A DNA stretch of 63,961 nucleotides, counting the filler, from Octopus bimaculoides (lineage: Eukaryota), in assembly GCF_001194135.2 (NCBI RefSeq). It is 4 parts of 4 records of this genome, joined end to end, with 100 filler letters (N's around TTAATTAATTAA, not from the genome) between each part and the next. Parts side by side here need not be neighbours in the genome. Positions count along the whole stretch, not along the records: positions 17,700 to 26,577 come from NC_068993.1; positions 26,678 to 51,086 come from NC_068984.1; 2 more parts are not named here. The stretch is one strand, 5' to 3'. The position numbers were made by a program, and so were the translations under genes. The notes beneath the pieces were generated by a model. It was not told where the DNA came from and searched no databases. It saw only the letters and a list, made by a program, of their open reading frames with translations. Shown here piece by piece: positions 24,969 to 36,144 of the stretch; positions within the stretch are counted from its first letter, which is position 1, and each line of letters begins with the position of its first letter.

Positions 24969-25872
24969 GTATCTATATATATATGTACACCCAATCGTGT
25001 TTATGATAAAACCACATCAATGCGCACATACTGTTTATTTACAAGTGCATTTAGCTCCCTTCTCTCGATCTTTTTATCTCTTCCTCTCTCTACTACTCTA
25101 TTACTTTCCTCACCAATTACGGTATTTCATAAATTCCTCTGCGTGTCAGTCTGTTAGTTTGGGGCGTTTACAAGTGTGCAAGTGTGTGTACGTATGTGTA
25201 TATACATAATTATATATATATANNNNNNNNNNNNNNNNNNNNNNNNNNNNNNNNNNNNNNNNNNNNNNNNNNNNNNNNNNNNNNNNNNNNNNNNNNNNNN
25301 NNNNNNNNNNNNNNNNNNNNNNNNNNNNNNNNNNNNNNNNNNNNNNNNNNNNNNNNNNNNNNNNNNNNNNNNNNNNNNNNNNNNNNNNNNNNNNNNNNNN
25401 NNNNNNNNNNNNNNNNNNNNNNNNNNNNNNNNNNNNNNNNNNNNNNNNNNNNNNNNNNNNNNNNNNNNNNNNNNNNNNNNNNNNNNNNNNNNNNNNNNNN
25501 NNNNNNNNNNNNNNNNNNNNNNNNNNNNNNNNNNNNNNNNNNNNNNNNNNNNNNNNNNNNNNNNNNNNNNNNNNNNNNNNNNNNNNNNNNCATATATATA
25601 CGTATATATATATATGTGCACTATATGTAAATATGTATATAGGTGTGCGTTTATATGAACGTGTACGTGTGCATATGCGTGGGTGTATGTATATTTATAT
25701 GTGCGTTTCGTTCACTAGAACAAAGAACTTCGGATAAAATGAAGGACTCAATAACAAAGTTAGAAAATTGTAGCGTTGAGGCATATTTATTAGAAGTAAA
25801 TAATTTACGAGTTTCGAAAAGTTACTCACCAATGTGTTTGGAAAATTTGCATTAGGAAACACGAAAAACTAA

Positions 25873-25873
<1 letters not shown>

Positions 25874-25914
<41 letters not shown>

Positions 25915-25983
25915 GCTAGCTAGCTAGCTATCTGTATGTCTGTCTGTCTGTCGGTCTGTCTTTCTTTCTCTCTTTCACTCTCC

Positions 25984-26055
<72 letters not shown>

Positions 26056-26392
26056 ATCTGTCTGTCTGTCTATAGTTTCACATACCCATAAAACACACCT
26101 GTCTCTTTCTCGGTGACTTCCACTCCTCGACTTCAACCAACTTCGTTACCTTCAGCATTATTCCTTTACCTCCTGTTCTCTTTATATGTCTCTTTCTTAA
26201 TTCTTCTATTCCATATATATACATCTACACCCAACTCCATCCTTCCGATTTCTTCTCTTTCTCTGTCTGCCTTTTTCTCTCTCAATGTAATAATATTTTC
26301 TATATCTTCCATTTCCTTACCACTCGAATTACCCAATGTCATAGCTATTATATGCTCTATTCCTCTCTCTCTCCCTCTCTCCCTCTCCCTCT

Positions 26393-26424
<32 letters not shown>

Positions 26425-26460
26425 CCATCTGGCCCCTCTCTCACTCTCTTCTTATACACT
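25874..26460. repeat. (TATC)n, (TAGC)n, (TGTC)n and (TC)n compound polypyrimidine tract
   Basis: Direct reading. Confidence 0.9.
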
Positions 26461-26577
26461 ACACCTGTATCATTCATTATCTCACCATGTTTATTCCGCC
26501 GTTTATGCATACTTGCACATACACAGAAACACACACATAGTCCCTAATATATTCACACACACATGTATAACATATAT

Positions 26578-26677
26578 NNNNNNNNNNNNNNNNNNNNNNN
26601 NNNNNNNNNNNNNNNNNNNNNTTAATTAATTAANNNNNNNNNNNNNNNNNNNNNNNNNNNNNNNNNNNNNNNNNNNN
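26578..26677. other. Assembly join with TTAATTAATTAA linker
   Basis: 44 N + 12 + 44 N. Confidence 0.95.
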
Positions 26678-26819
26678 TAAATGTATACAAACATATTTAC
26701 AAAGACACACGTGTGTATGCGCGCGCGTGGGGGGGGGGCGGTACTAGCAACGGCCACGCCCGAAATGGTGTATTTTATGTGCCACCCGCACAAGAGCCAG
26801 TCCAGGGGCACTGGCAACA

Positions 26820-27036
26820 ATCCCCATTTTAATTTTCGTAAAAGTTTCCAAGTACCAATGAGGCTTTTTGGCACATCTTCAATTTTCCCCATTCATGAGA
26901 GGCGCCCAGCCATCATTCATCTGTGAGTCCATCTCCAGAATGTCCTCAAATTTCTATACAGCATATTTTGCCTTTTTTTTCTTCAAGTATATAAGCAACA
27001 ATTTCATTCCCGACCAACGCCGGGTGCCTCTGCTAG
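26820..27036 (+). mobile_element. Helitron deletion derivative: RepHel fragment joined to the 3' terminus
   Basis: NEAFWHIFN/FPIHERRPAIIHL*VHL matches the RepHel NEA.WRIF.FPIHER.P.V..L.VHL motif. 3' hairpin cccgac-caac-gccggg, then CTAG|T at 27033-27037. Confidence 0.85.
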
Positions 27037-27075
27037 TATATTAAATATACTGAAGAAAATTAAACAAACCCAGCT

Positions 27076-27351
27076 GGCATAACTACAGAGGGGGGTAGAA
27101 CTCTGTAGTTATGCCCATACATCAAGGTATATTTGTAGAAAATTTCACGAAAAAATATTAATTTTCATGGAAGTTAAGAAGAATTTAAGTGGACTCTGTT
27201 GGAATTTCCGAAAATTGTCCCCCACCCCCATTCTATATTCGGAATCTACATAATAAATACAATATGCATAGAAAATTTCATTAAAAAATATTCATTTTTC
27301 TGAAAGTTATGACCTTCCAAAGTCTGGGGGGTAGAACTCTGTAGTTATGCC
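27076..27351. mobile_element. 276-bp MITE, 15-bp TIR GGCATAACTACAGAG, 8-bp TSD ACCCAGCT (Merlin-like)
   Basis: Perfect TIRs at 27076-27090 and 27337-27351; ACCCAGCT at 27068-27075 and 27352-27359. Confidence 0.85.
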
Positions 27352-27615
27352 ACCCAGCTTTACCTACGTTAGCGCATAACGTAAACAAACAAAACGGCCC
27401 TCACCGAAAAAACCGGTCTCCACCGAAAAAATCCCCAAACAAAAACTATACCTCATACACATCGTGACTTCCTAATACACCTATCTATATTCTTAATATA
27501 TTCACTATACACACCTATATACACATATATATACATATACACACACACATATATATACAAACACATCCAAAAACTCAAACACAGACACACACACACACAC
27601 ATATACATATAAATA

Positions 27616-27647
<32 letters not shown>

Positions 27648-28859
27648 CATACATACACACATACATATACATACATACATACACAGGCACATATATATAT
27701 ATATAAATATATACATATATATATACTTTTCCAGTGAAATTTTTCACGTGAAATCGACTTCACCAAATGCTTCCATACTTGTAATGCATNNNNNNNNNNN
27801 NNNNNNNNNNNNNNNNNNNNNNNNNNNNNNNNNNNNNNNNNNNNNNNNNNNNNNNNNNNNNNNNNNNNNNNNNNNNNNNNNNNNNNNNNCTCTATCTTAT
27901 CTGCATCTTGGAGACTTCGTCGTAGTATGTCAGTGGAGAGGCCTGGTTTGACTAGGACTGTCCCAGTTTATTAATATTGTTCTGGCATCCTGGTTGGTTT
28001 GAAATTATGAACGAGCTTTTCTGAAATCTGGAAAAATTTTATTTGCAATTATCATTCTGGCTTGTAGGAAAAATTGTTAGGTATTGATACTAATTAGACT
28101 TCCTAGTGCATAATGAAACACCTCCAGCAATAACCCAACCAGGATTTTAAACTAAAAATTTCTGCTTCACTCTCACACATAAATTGTAATACTCAGAATT
28201 GTTCCTTCAACTGAAAGTAATCAGATAGTCATTTAAAAACCAGATGAAGAAAAAAAAGTAGTTGGTGCCAGGAAATTTTCATGGACTGAGAGAAAAAATA
28301 GTGTTCTCTATAATAACATATGAAATATAGCGACTTACCTTATATGATTCATTTCATCCCACAGACACTTCAGAAAACGACAAGAGAAGTCTGTACAACT
28401 TGATGCTGACAACTGACCAAGAGTTCTCTCTTACTCTATTTTTTAACCAAACCACAGAAAACTACTAGATTTATGACAACCACACTTAATTCCTCTTTCT
28501 CTCTCTCTCCACACACACACATTTATAGAAACATCAACCTTCTCTCCTGCGAGTATTAACATTCTTTCTTCATCTGCACACATACATGGATATTGATCTC
28601 CATATTTCATTGCTGTTTTTCTTGAAATGTTATTGATTGTTTAACATTTGCTTGGTGTTGACATGTCCCAGAATAAACCAATTGTGACACATATTTATAT
28701 ATCACATTACTTTGATATTTTGTACATATTTCTCCTTAAAGAATTTTTATATACTTTTAAAATGTCAAATAGAACATAGACACTTTTCTCATTACTGTTA
28801 AAGGAGCCACTTTTGTTTTTCATATTGTTTCTCATAAATCGAGTTTTAGATAATCTAAT

Positions 28860-30275
28860 TATTCATCAAAGTTGGTCTTTAAACGTTTTGAGCCAAAGTT
28901 TGGTCTAGCACAGACAATATGTGAAACCATAATTTTAAATGTAACAATGGCTAAATCTGAGCTTGCTAAAGACCTAGTAGGGCAAAATTTTGTAACAATT
29001 TCTAGAGACACTTCAAACTGAAATTCTGTTAAGATGCTTCTTTTCATCAATATTATATTCGTGGTCAGGGTTGTACAAGTTAAATTTTTGGATATGCACA
29101 CTGTTTCCATTGAGACAGTTGAAATCTTGACTAGCTTACTGATAAACTCATATTGATAGAAAAGTCATCGGATTTTATGGAGATATTTGCAATACAAATG
29201 TTGGTGGTGTACAACAAAAAGGCAAGAATAGCATATTTAACCAATTAAAACCCAAATTTGAAAGGGAACTTGTTAGTATTGGCTATGTTGCACACATTGT
29301 GTACAACAGCTGTATATCTATAACCATTTGATATTGTGGCACTTATTGTGAAAGTTTTCACATAAATATATTTGTGAAATATTTTCACACAGACAGCTCA
29401 TGTAACAGCTAAAAGAATTTTCTAACTTTCTAAGTTGCTGGAGAGGAATAAAAAAAACTGTTTTAACATGGTAGTACCAGACTTTTGTCAGTGCTACCAG
29501 CAGTTGAATGAAGTTTTAACACTGCCTTAAAATCTTACTTTTGTTCTCAAAAACACTGCACAAGGCTAATAAATATGAAAATAACTTTGGAGAAACATGT
29601 TTATGGTTTGTACATGAACAGCTTAGCCTTTTCAACAAATTGATTCTGTCCATGGAGAAGGGCAATTCCAGTGCAAAATATGATTACAAATATAGAAGAG
29701 GAAGAAAAAACTGAATTTGTGCCTCAAAATGCAAAGGTCTTGCCGTGGAAATTTGAATAAAATGGTGAAGAAAAAATTTCAAAGTTTTTATGAAAGATGT
29801 CTCTCATACCTAGATCTATGGAAAGAGAATTTTGAGCAGGTGGAAGACTTTGTGGTTAAATTCTGGTGACATAGCTTGGCCCAGTGTTGGGCAGTCTGCT
29901 GTAGAGGTCACCTAAAAGATTGTAAAGCAATTAATGTTATTGCAAAGAGCTTTTGAGCTTCCAAGGCAGATGTTTGGTCAACACAGTATGAAAAGTGGCA
30001 AATGTTTTGTTCATTACAAAGAAAACCGCATAGTAATAAAAAAAAATCTTAGTGGTGTAGTAGAATACATTGTCTTCCTAGTATTTCTGCACCAGCTGTT
30101 TGGTTTTTGTAATAAATAATGTGTGGCCAGATGGGACAGGCAACATGGCAGAAGCTATAGGTAGGAGCCTTCTAATGACTAAACATTGCATTAACCAACT
30201 CAGAATTCTTTGAGAAAATTAAGAGTAAGGAATTTCTTAGCAAAGTAGTTTCAAGTGAACAATATGAAGATACTG
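28860..30275 (+). pseudogene. hAT transposase relic
   Basis: FVTISRDTSN (DASNH-like), GFYGDICNTNVGG...KGKNSIF, SIGYVAHIV (CxAH motif), and a C-terminal KVVSSEQYE; many stops. Confidence 0.75.
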
Positions 30276-30999
30276 GTGATTGAACAAAATATTACTTAAC
30301 TATAAAAACATGTTAAGTTTAAATGATTTTTAAATGTTGCATTCTGCTTGACAATATTTTACATGCAAGTGCTTTCAAGTAAATAATAGCTGCTTTGTAC
30401 ATCTGTTCTTCATTTTTCGATGTCCCTAAGCTAGACATTCAACTCTCTGCATGATAAAGGCAAATACGATAGTACATCTTGCCAGCTTAAATGTATCATT
30501 TCAGCACTTGTTAGGAACTGTCGTTATATCAGAAGCAAGCAGACAACTATGTTAATATATTTGCAGCAAAAAATTCCCAGATTCTCTGGCTGTTGAGGAG
30601 AGAAAACTGGTCCTCCTTTAACACCCAACCTACACACTGCAGCTCTTCAGTGATATTCTCAACTCCCATTGGTCCTAATTCCACTGCTAAAATTATGGTA
30701 TGCCTGCCTGCCTAAACTACTATTCAAAACAATTAGAGTCACATGTTTTTTTAAGTTATCTAGAAATCTAGCCCTGTATTTAAGTGGACTAAGGGGCATG
30801 ATATATTGTAAATGGGTATTTCGTGAATACTTTGAAATGTAAACCTTGTACCTTTATCATACTACAGCACCTGATTTTCCAGTTTTCCCTAGCATATCAA
30901 CACTTCAAAACTATAAAGCCACTAACACATTTTCATTTCTTTCTAGATTGTTTCAGAAAATATTCAGCTCAATTGTATTCTCTGTGATCCAGATTACAT

Positions 31000-31960
31000 T
31001 TCCAGTATGCCTAAAGCTACAAAGTTTTCCAAAATTGAACAAGGGAAGATTCTTGCACTGAAAGTGGATGGAATGGGTAACCGGAAAGATTCAGCAAAGC
31101 AGAACATCAGTGGACAATTTTCTGAAAGAGCCTGACAGCTACAACAGGATTCCTGCTGGTGGACATCCCAAGGCCACATCAGAAAGGGATGAAAGTGTCA
31201 TTATCAGAGCTGTGAAGAAATCATGCTGCTCTTCTGTTTTCAAAATCAAGGTATCAGCAGGAGTAGGAACCTTGACATCCACCGTAAGCAGAGTGATTTT
31301 GAACCATGGTTTCCGCCTGAAGAAGCAGCTAGGACATCTGTTATCGTCCCTTTCCCACAAAGCTGTTAGATTGGAGTTTGCTCAGCAGCATCAGATGTGA
31401 AAAGGTGAATGGACCAGGGAGAAAAAATGGAATCTGGATGGCCCCCAATGGTTATAAGTATTACTGGGCAGATAAATGTATACAAAATTCTGCCAAGTGG
31501 CAGAACAGCAGAGAAGGTCTTATGGTGTGGGGAGCAATATCTGTCAATGGGAAGCTGCCCCTTGCCATCATGGATGGCTATTTCACTGCCGCATGTTTCA
31601 TTGATATGTTGGATGAGGATCACATTGACAAAGAAGGAAGAAGGCTCCATGACAAGAACTTCATATATGAACTGGACAATGCTCTTATTCATAAAGCAAA
31701 GGCAACTTTGGATTTCCTCCATGCAATAGGGAACGAAGTCATGCTATGGCCAACAAGAAGTCTCGACCTTAATACTATAGAGAAAGCCTGAGGATATCTC
31801 ATGAATTTTGTGTACAGCAAAGGCAAGCAATATTCATCTGTTGATGGCAATAAAGAAGGCCTGGGAAGAGCTTCCACTTGCTCTGCTGCAGAAATTGATT
31901 GGGCACATGAAATCACATGTCTTTGAAGTAATTCAGAAAGATGGTGGTCAAACACATCAT
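31000..31960 (+). pseudogene. Tc1 (Tc3-like, DD34E) transposase relic
   Basis: RLEFAQQH, an NLDGP-like segment, YKYYW, MVWGAIS, ELDNALIHKA, WPTRSLDLNTIE; frameshifted. Confidence 0.88.
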
Positions 31961-32254
31961 TGTTGATGTATTGCATGAGAATGTCATTGACATATATCAC
32001 AATTTACCTGTTTTGATTCATTTTTGCAACATTATTCAGCCTGGCATTATAGTTTTGAACAGGGTGTTTCTGGTTTTGTATGTTTTTTTAAATTATTATC
32101 TAATTTATTTTGGAGTCCAATAAATTTGAATATTGCAATGCTTTCTATTACATTTCCTACCTAGAGGTGAGTTTCATGAATTTGGGTAGTATAGTTCACC
32201 AGAAAAAAAGACAGTGCTCTGACTTTATAGTTTCAAAGAGAAGTTTATATACAC

Positions 32255-32630
32255 ACACATGGCTGTGTAGTAAAAAGCTTTCTTCCCACCCACATGGTTC
32301 TAGGTTCAGTCCACTGCATAGCATCTTGGGCAAATGCCTTCTACTATAGCCTCAACTTGTCCAAGGTCTTGTGAGTGGATTTGGTAGACGGAAACTGAAA
32401 GAAGCCCCTCGTGTGTGAATATGTGTGTGTGTCCCTCACCACCGCTTGACAATTGGTATTGGATTGTTTACATCCCCATAAGCTAGCGGTTGGGCAAAAT
32501 GGCACTGATGGAATAAATAACAGGCTTAAAAAAAAAAAAATGAAAAATTTAGTCCTAGGTTCGAGTTATTCGACTAAAACCCTTCAAGGTGGTATCCCAG
32601 CATGACTGCAGTCAAATGACTAAAACAATA
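32255..32630 (+). mobile_element. SINE family A
   Basis: Head and tail match 3347-3696. Confidence 0.85.
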
Positions 32631-33559
32631 TATATATAAACAATTGCAGCGTGGAAGGTGTTTATAAGCCATTTAAACACACAAAAACCGTTAGAGTTAC
32701 TTCAACATTTAAATTTAATTCGTCAAAATATTTTCGTCGCTTTGACACCGCGACCTGTTCACTGACAAAATTCCGTGCTGCAATTGTTTTCGTTCCAGCA
32801 CACGATTTCAGATCAGGTCACTTGCTATGCAAGTACATCTCCGTATATATATTTATATATAATGAAGAAATAAATGGTATAGTTATCTACTTTATACAGC
32901 TCAACCAATTAGCGTTCAAATGGAGCTTCAGGAATATAAAATTAAGGAGAGAAACAAATTTCAAAGGTTGGTGTGTATATTCATTGAATCCATTTCAAAT
33001 TATCGAAATTCTCTACAATATTCAATATACGTAAATGCGCTCACATATGAGGTATGATAAAAATCTATAAGTATTTCTAAACACATATACATACGAAGAT
33101 TTATGACTATAAAATTTCATAAATATATAAAAATTTACAAACATAAAAATTCATAAATATATAAACATAGATATAAATACTTAGATGTACTGGCAAAGTC
33201 CGAATGTCCGTATTAGAATCATGTGTATATACATACACACACAAGAAAGAATCGCCTATGTCAAATTTATATGTATAGATAAATATCTAATATGTATGTA
33301 TCTGTAAGTGTGTGTGTATAAAACCATCTATTTCGGGCTGATTATTACACTTAGTGATATTGTCTAGTCCATTAAACGGCAACATTCTTACCAGTTATAT
33401 GCCGTAACCAGTAATGTATTACTCGACGACATAAAAATATATTTCTCATATTGAGAGTGCTTTATTTTCTTTTTGACTAATGAACAAGTGATAATTTATA
33501 CATATATATATATACAAGAAAGAAACTATGCCAAAATGCCAAGAATCAGAATATTTGTT

Positions 33560-34000
33560 TCTCTAAAAATTCGTCATTCTATCTATTTACTGCAAAAGTA
33601 GCTTCCCTTTCCGTCTGGCATCATGCGCATGTTCTCTAGGAATTTGCCCTGTAGCAGGCTTCTTTTCCATCCTGGTCTCTACTCATCCTGGTTCTTTACG
33701 AATCACCCGGACGAAAATAACATCACAAGGTTGGTCACACGTGGTTGTATCTACCGCCACATATCATGTTGAGTTTTCTTGCTGATGTTTTGTGCTGCCT
33801 AGTGTCTTGTACATATCACTGTATGACACTGCGATCACTATATAATACTTTGTTGCTACAAAATGGCGCTTGTGTACCTGTGCAAGCAATATTTGACGAA
33901 ATGGAAGTAATGGTGTTAATATTAGGATCTCGTTTAAACTTTGTCGTGCTTGATGCTTCACTGCAATCTCATTGCAATTCTTCCCTCCTTTTCCAAATAA
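33560..34000. promoter_or_regulatory. CpG-rich, promoter-like unique segment with no associated ORF
   Basis: CATGCGCATG palindrome (NRF1-like, 33622-33631), CACGTG E-box (33738-33743) and CAAAATGGCGC (YY1-like, 33859-33869). Confidence 0.35.
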
Positions 34001-35024
34001 ATTAATTATCAAGTGCTGTTGTTTACCTTTGAACATTAAGTTAAAATCAAGTTATTGATTAATTTAAAAGTAAATATTATTCATTCAGCTTTGATATATT
34101 TAATATCCTTTCTTGAAAATTGTTTATATTTTCTCATGCTTTGTTATTTTTGATGCAGTCAAAAGAATCTACTCTATCGTGTGAACTGCGTTTGGATATG
34201 TGTAGCTACATATGTATATTCTTCTATTCTTATTTTAATTTTCACGTCATTGCTAACCTTTAACCCAAAAATACGCCCTCATTGATTCTGATTGCATTAA
34301 CCCCTATATTTAGTACACTTATGTTGATAACAGACTGCTGATGTTAAGATAGTGTAGCTCATTTGCTGTGTCGTAATAGTAAAGGTGTCTTTAGTTCCTC
34401 TAATTGATTTTCCCTCACTTTCTCTATGTTTACAGGTAGGTTTCAAGTCAATGTTATGGAATCATCTAGGGATGTTAGAAAAAAAGAACTTGTGATGCAA
34501 TCGATCTCGACTCAAATTTTTTAGAACAGTCTTTTTTTTAGCTTCGAAATTGTTTTCGCTTACAACTTGAGCTCTTTTAGAATTCTTTATTTTGAGTGGA
34601 GATAACATTTTGTGAAAACTCGTCTCTTATTATTCCATTTCTGTACCGTAGATTCTTCTTTAGAATTGCGGGAGTATCGACTTCCTTTTAATACACTTTA
34701 CTGTCATCGTTTATTATATATATTTAAGGCGAGTTACTTGCAAGAGTTGTTTACCGCTGAGCTAATTTCTGTGACTATACGTCTTCAGTGTAACGGTAAA
34801 TTTCTCTTATCCTCTTTCATTTTTTAAAACCTGAGCTTAGATCAATATTATTATTTCATATTTACCGAGTTAGGAATTCTATGAAAAAGTTACCTATAGA
34901 TATACGGTATTGATTTTAAGAATTTGGTGAATTGGGCAATAGGAAAAAAAAAATTACTGATGACGTACAAGTTATTTCATATTCTAATATTAATGGTATT
35001 TACATTCATTTTTCCCCCAATTAT

Positions 35025-35175
35025 TAAGCGTGGCTGCATGGTAAGAAGCTTGCTTCTAAACGACATGGTTCCGGGTGGCACCCTGGGCAGGTGTCTACTG
35101 TAGCCTCGGGCCGACAAAATCCTTGTAAATGAATTTGGTCGACGGAAATTGAAAGAAGCCTTTCGTGTATATATA
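35025..35175 (+). mobile_element. SINE family A head, truncated at a gap
   Basis: gcgtggctgcatggtaagaagcttgc...gaaagaagcc. Confidence 0.8.
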
Positions 35176-35838
35176 NNNNNNNNNNNNNNNNNNNNNNNNN
35201 NNNNNNNNNNNNNNNNNNNNNNNNNNNNNNNNNNNNNNNNNNNNNNNNNNNNNNNNNNNNNNNNNNNNNNNNNNNNNNNNNNNNNNNNNNNNNNNNNNNN
35301 NNNNNNNNNNNNNNNNNNNNNNNNNNNNNNNNNNNNNNNNNNNNNNNNNNNNNNNNNNNNNNNNNNNNNNNNNNNNNNNNNNNNNNNNNNNNNNNNNNNN
35401 NNNNNNNNNNNNNNNNNNNNNNNNNNNNNNNNNNNNNNNNNNNNNNNNNNNNNNNNNNNNNNNNNNNNNNNNNNNNNNNNNNNNNNNNNNNNNNNNNNNN
35501 NNNNNNNNNNNNNNNNNNNNNNNNNNNNNNNNNNNNNNNNNNNNNNNNNNNNNNNNNNNNNNNNNNNNNNNNNNNNNNNNNNNNNNNNNNNNNNNNNNNN
35601 NNNNNNNNNNNNNNNNNNNNNNNNNNNNNNNNNNNNNNNNNNNNNNNNNNNNNNNNNNNNNNNNNNNNNNNNNNNNNNNNNNNNNNNNNNNNNNNNNNNN
35701 NNNNNNNNNNNNNNNNNNNNNNNNNNNNNNNNNNNNNNNNNNNNNNNNNNNNNNNNNNNNNNNNNNNNNNNNNNNNNNNNNNNNNNNNNNNNNNNNNNNN
35801 NNNNNNNNNNNNNNNNNNNNNTATATATATGTATGTAT

Positions 35839-36144
35839 GTGGCATGTTAGAAAATCATTCAAGCGAGGTCGTTGCCAGTGCCGCTGGACTGGCTCCCGTG
35901 CAGGTGGCACGTAAAAAATACCTTTTTGAGCGTGGCCGTTGCCAATACCGTGTGACTGGCCCACGTGCCGGTGGCACGTAAAAGCACCCACTACACTCTC
36001 GGAGTAGTTGGCGTTAGGAAGGGCATCCAGCTGTAGAAGCTCTACTAGATCAGATTGGAGCCTGGTGCAGCCTTCTGGGTTGCTAGTCCTCAGTCAAATC
36101 GTCCAACCCATGCTAGCATGGAAAGCGGACGTTAAACGATGATA
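35839..36144 (+). mobile_element. RTE LINE 3'UTR fragment, CpG-retaining
   Basis: gttaggaagggcatccagctgtagaa...ggaaagcggacgttaaacgatgat, identical in type to the tail of the 41413-45026 element. Confidence 0.85.

Noticed and set aside
25829-25875. Minus-strand donor TTG|GTGAGT
   Set aside because: No credible acceptor upstream; the sequence runs into (GATA)n.
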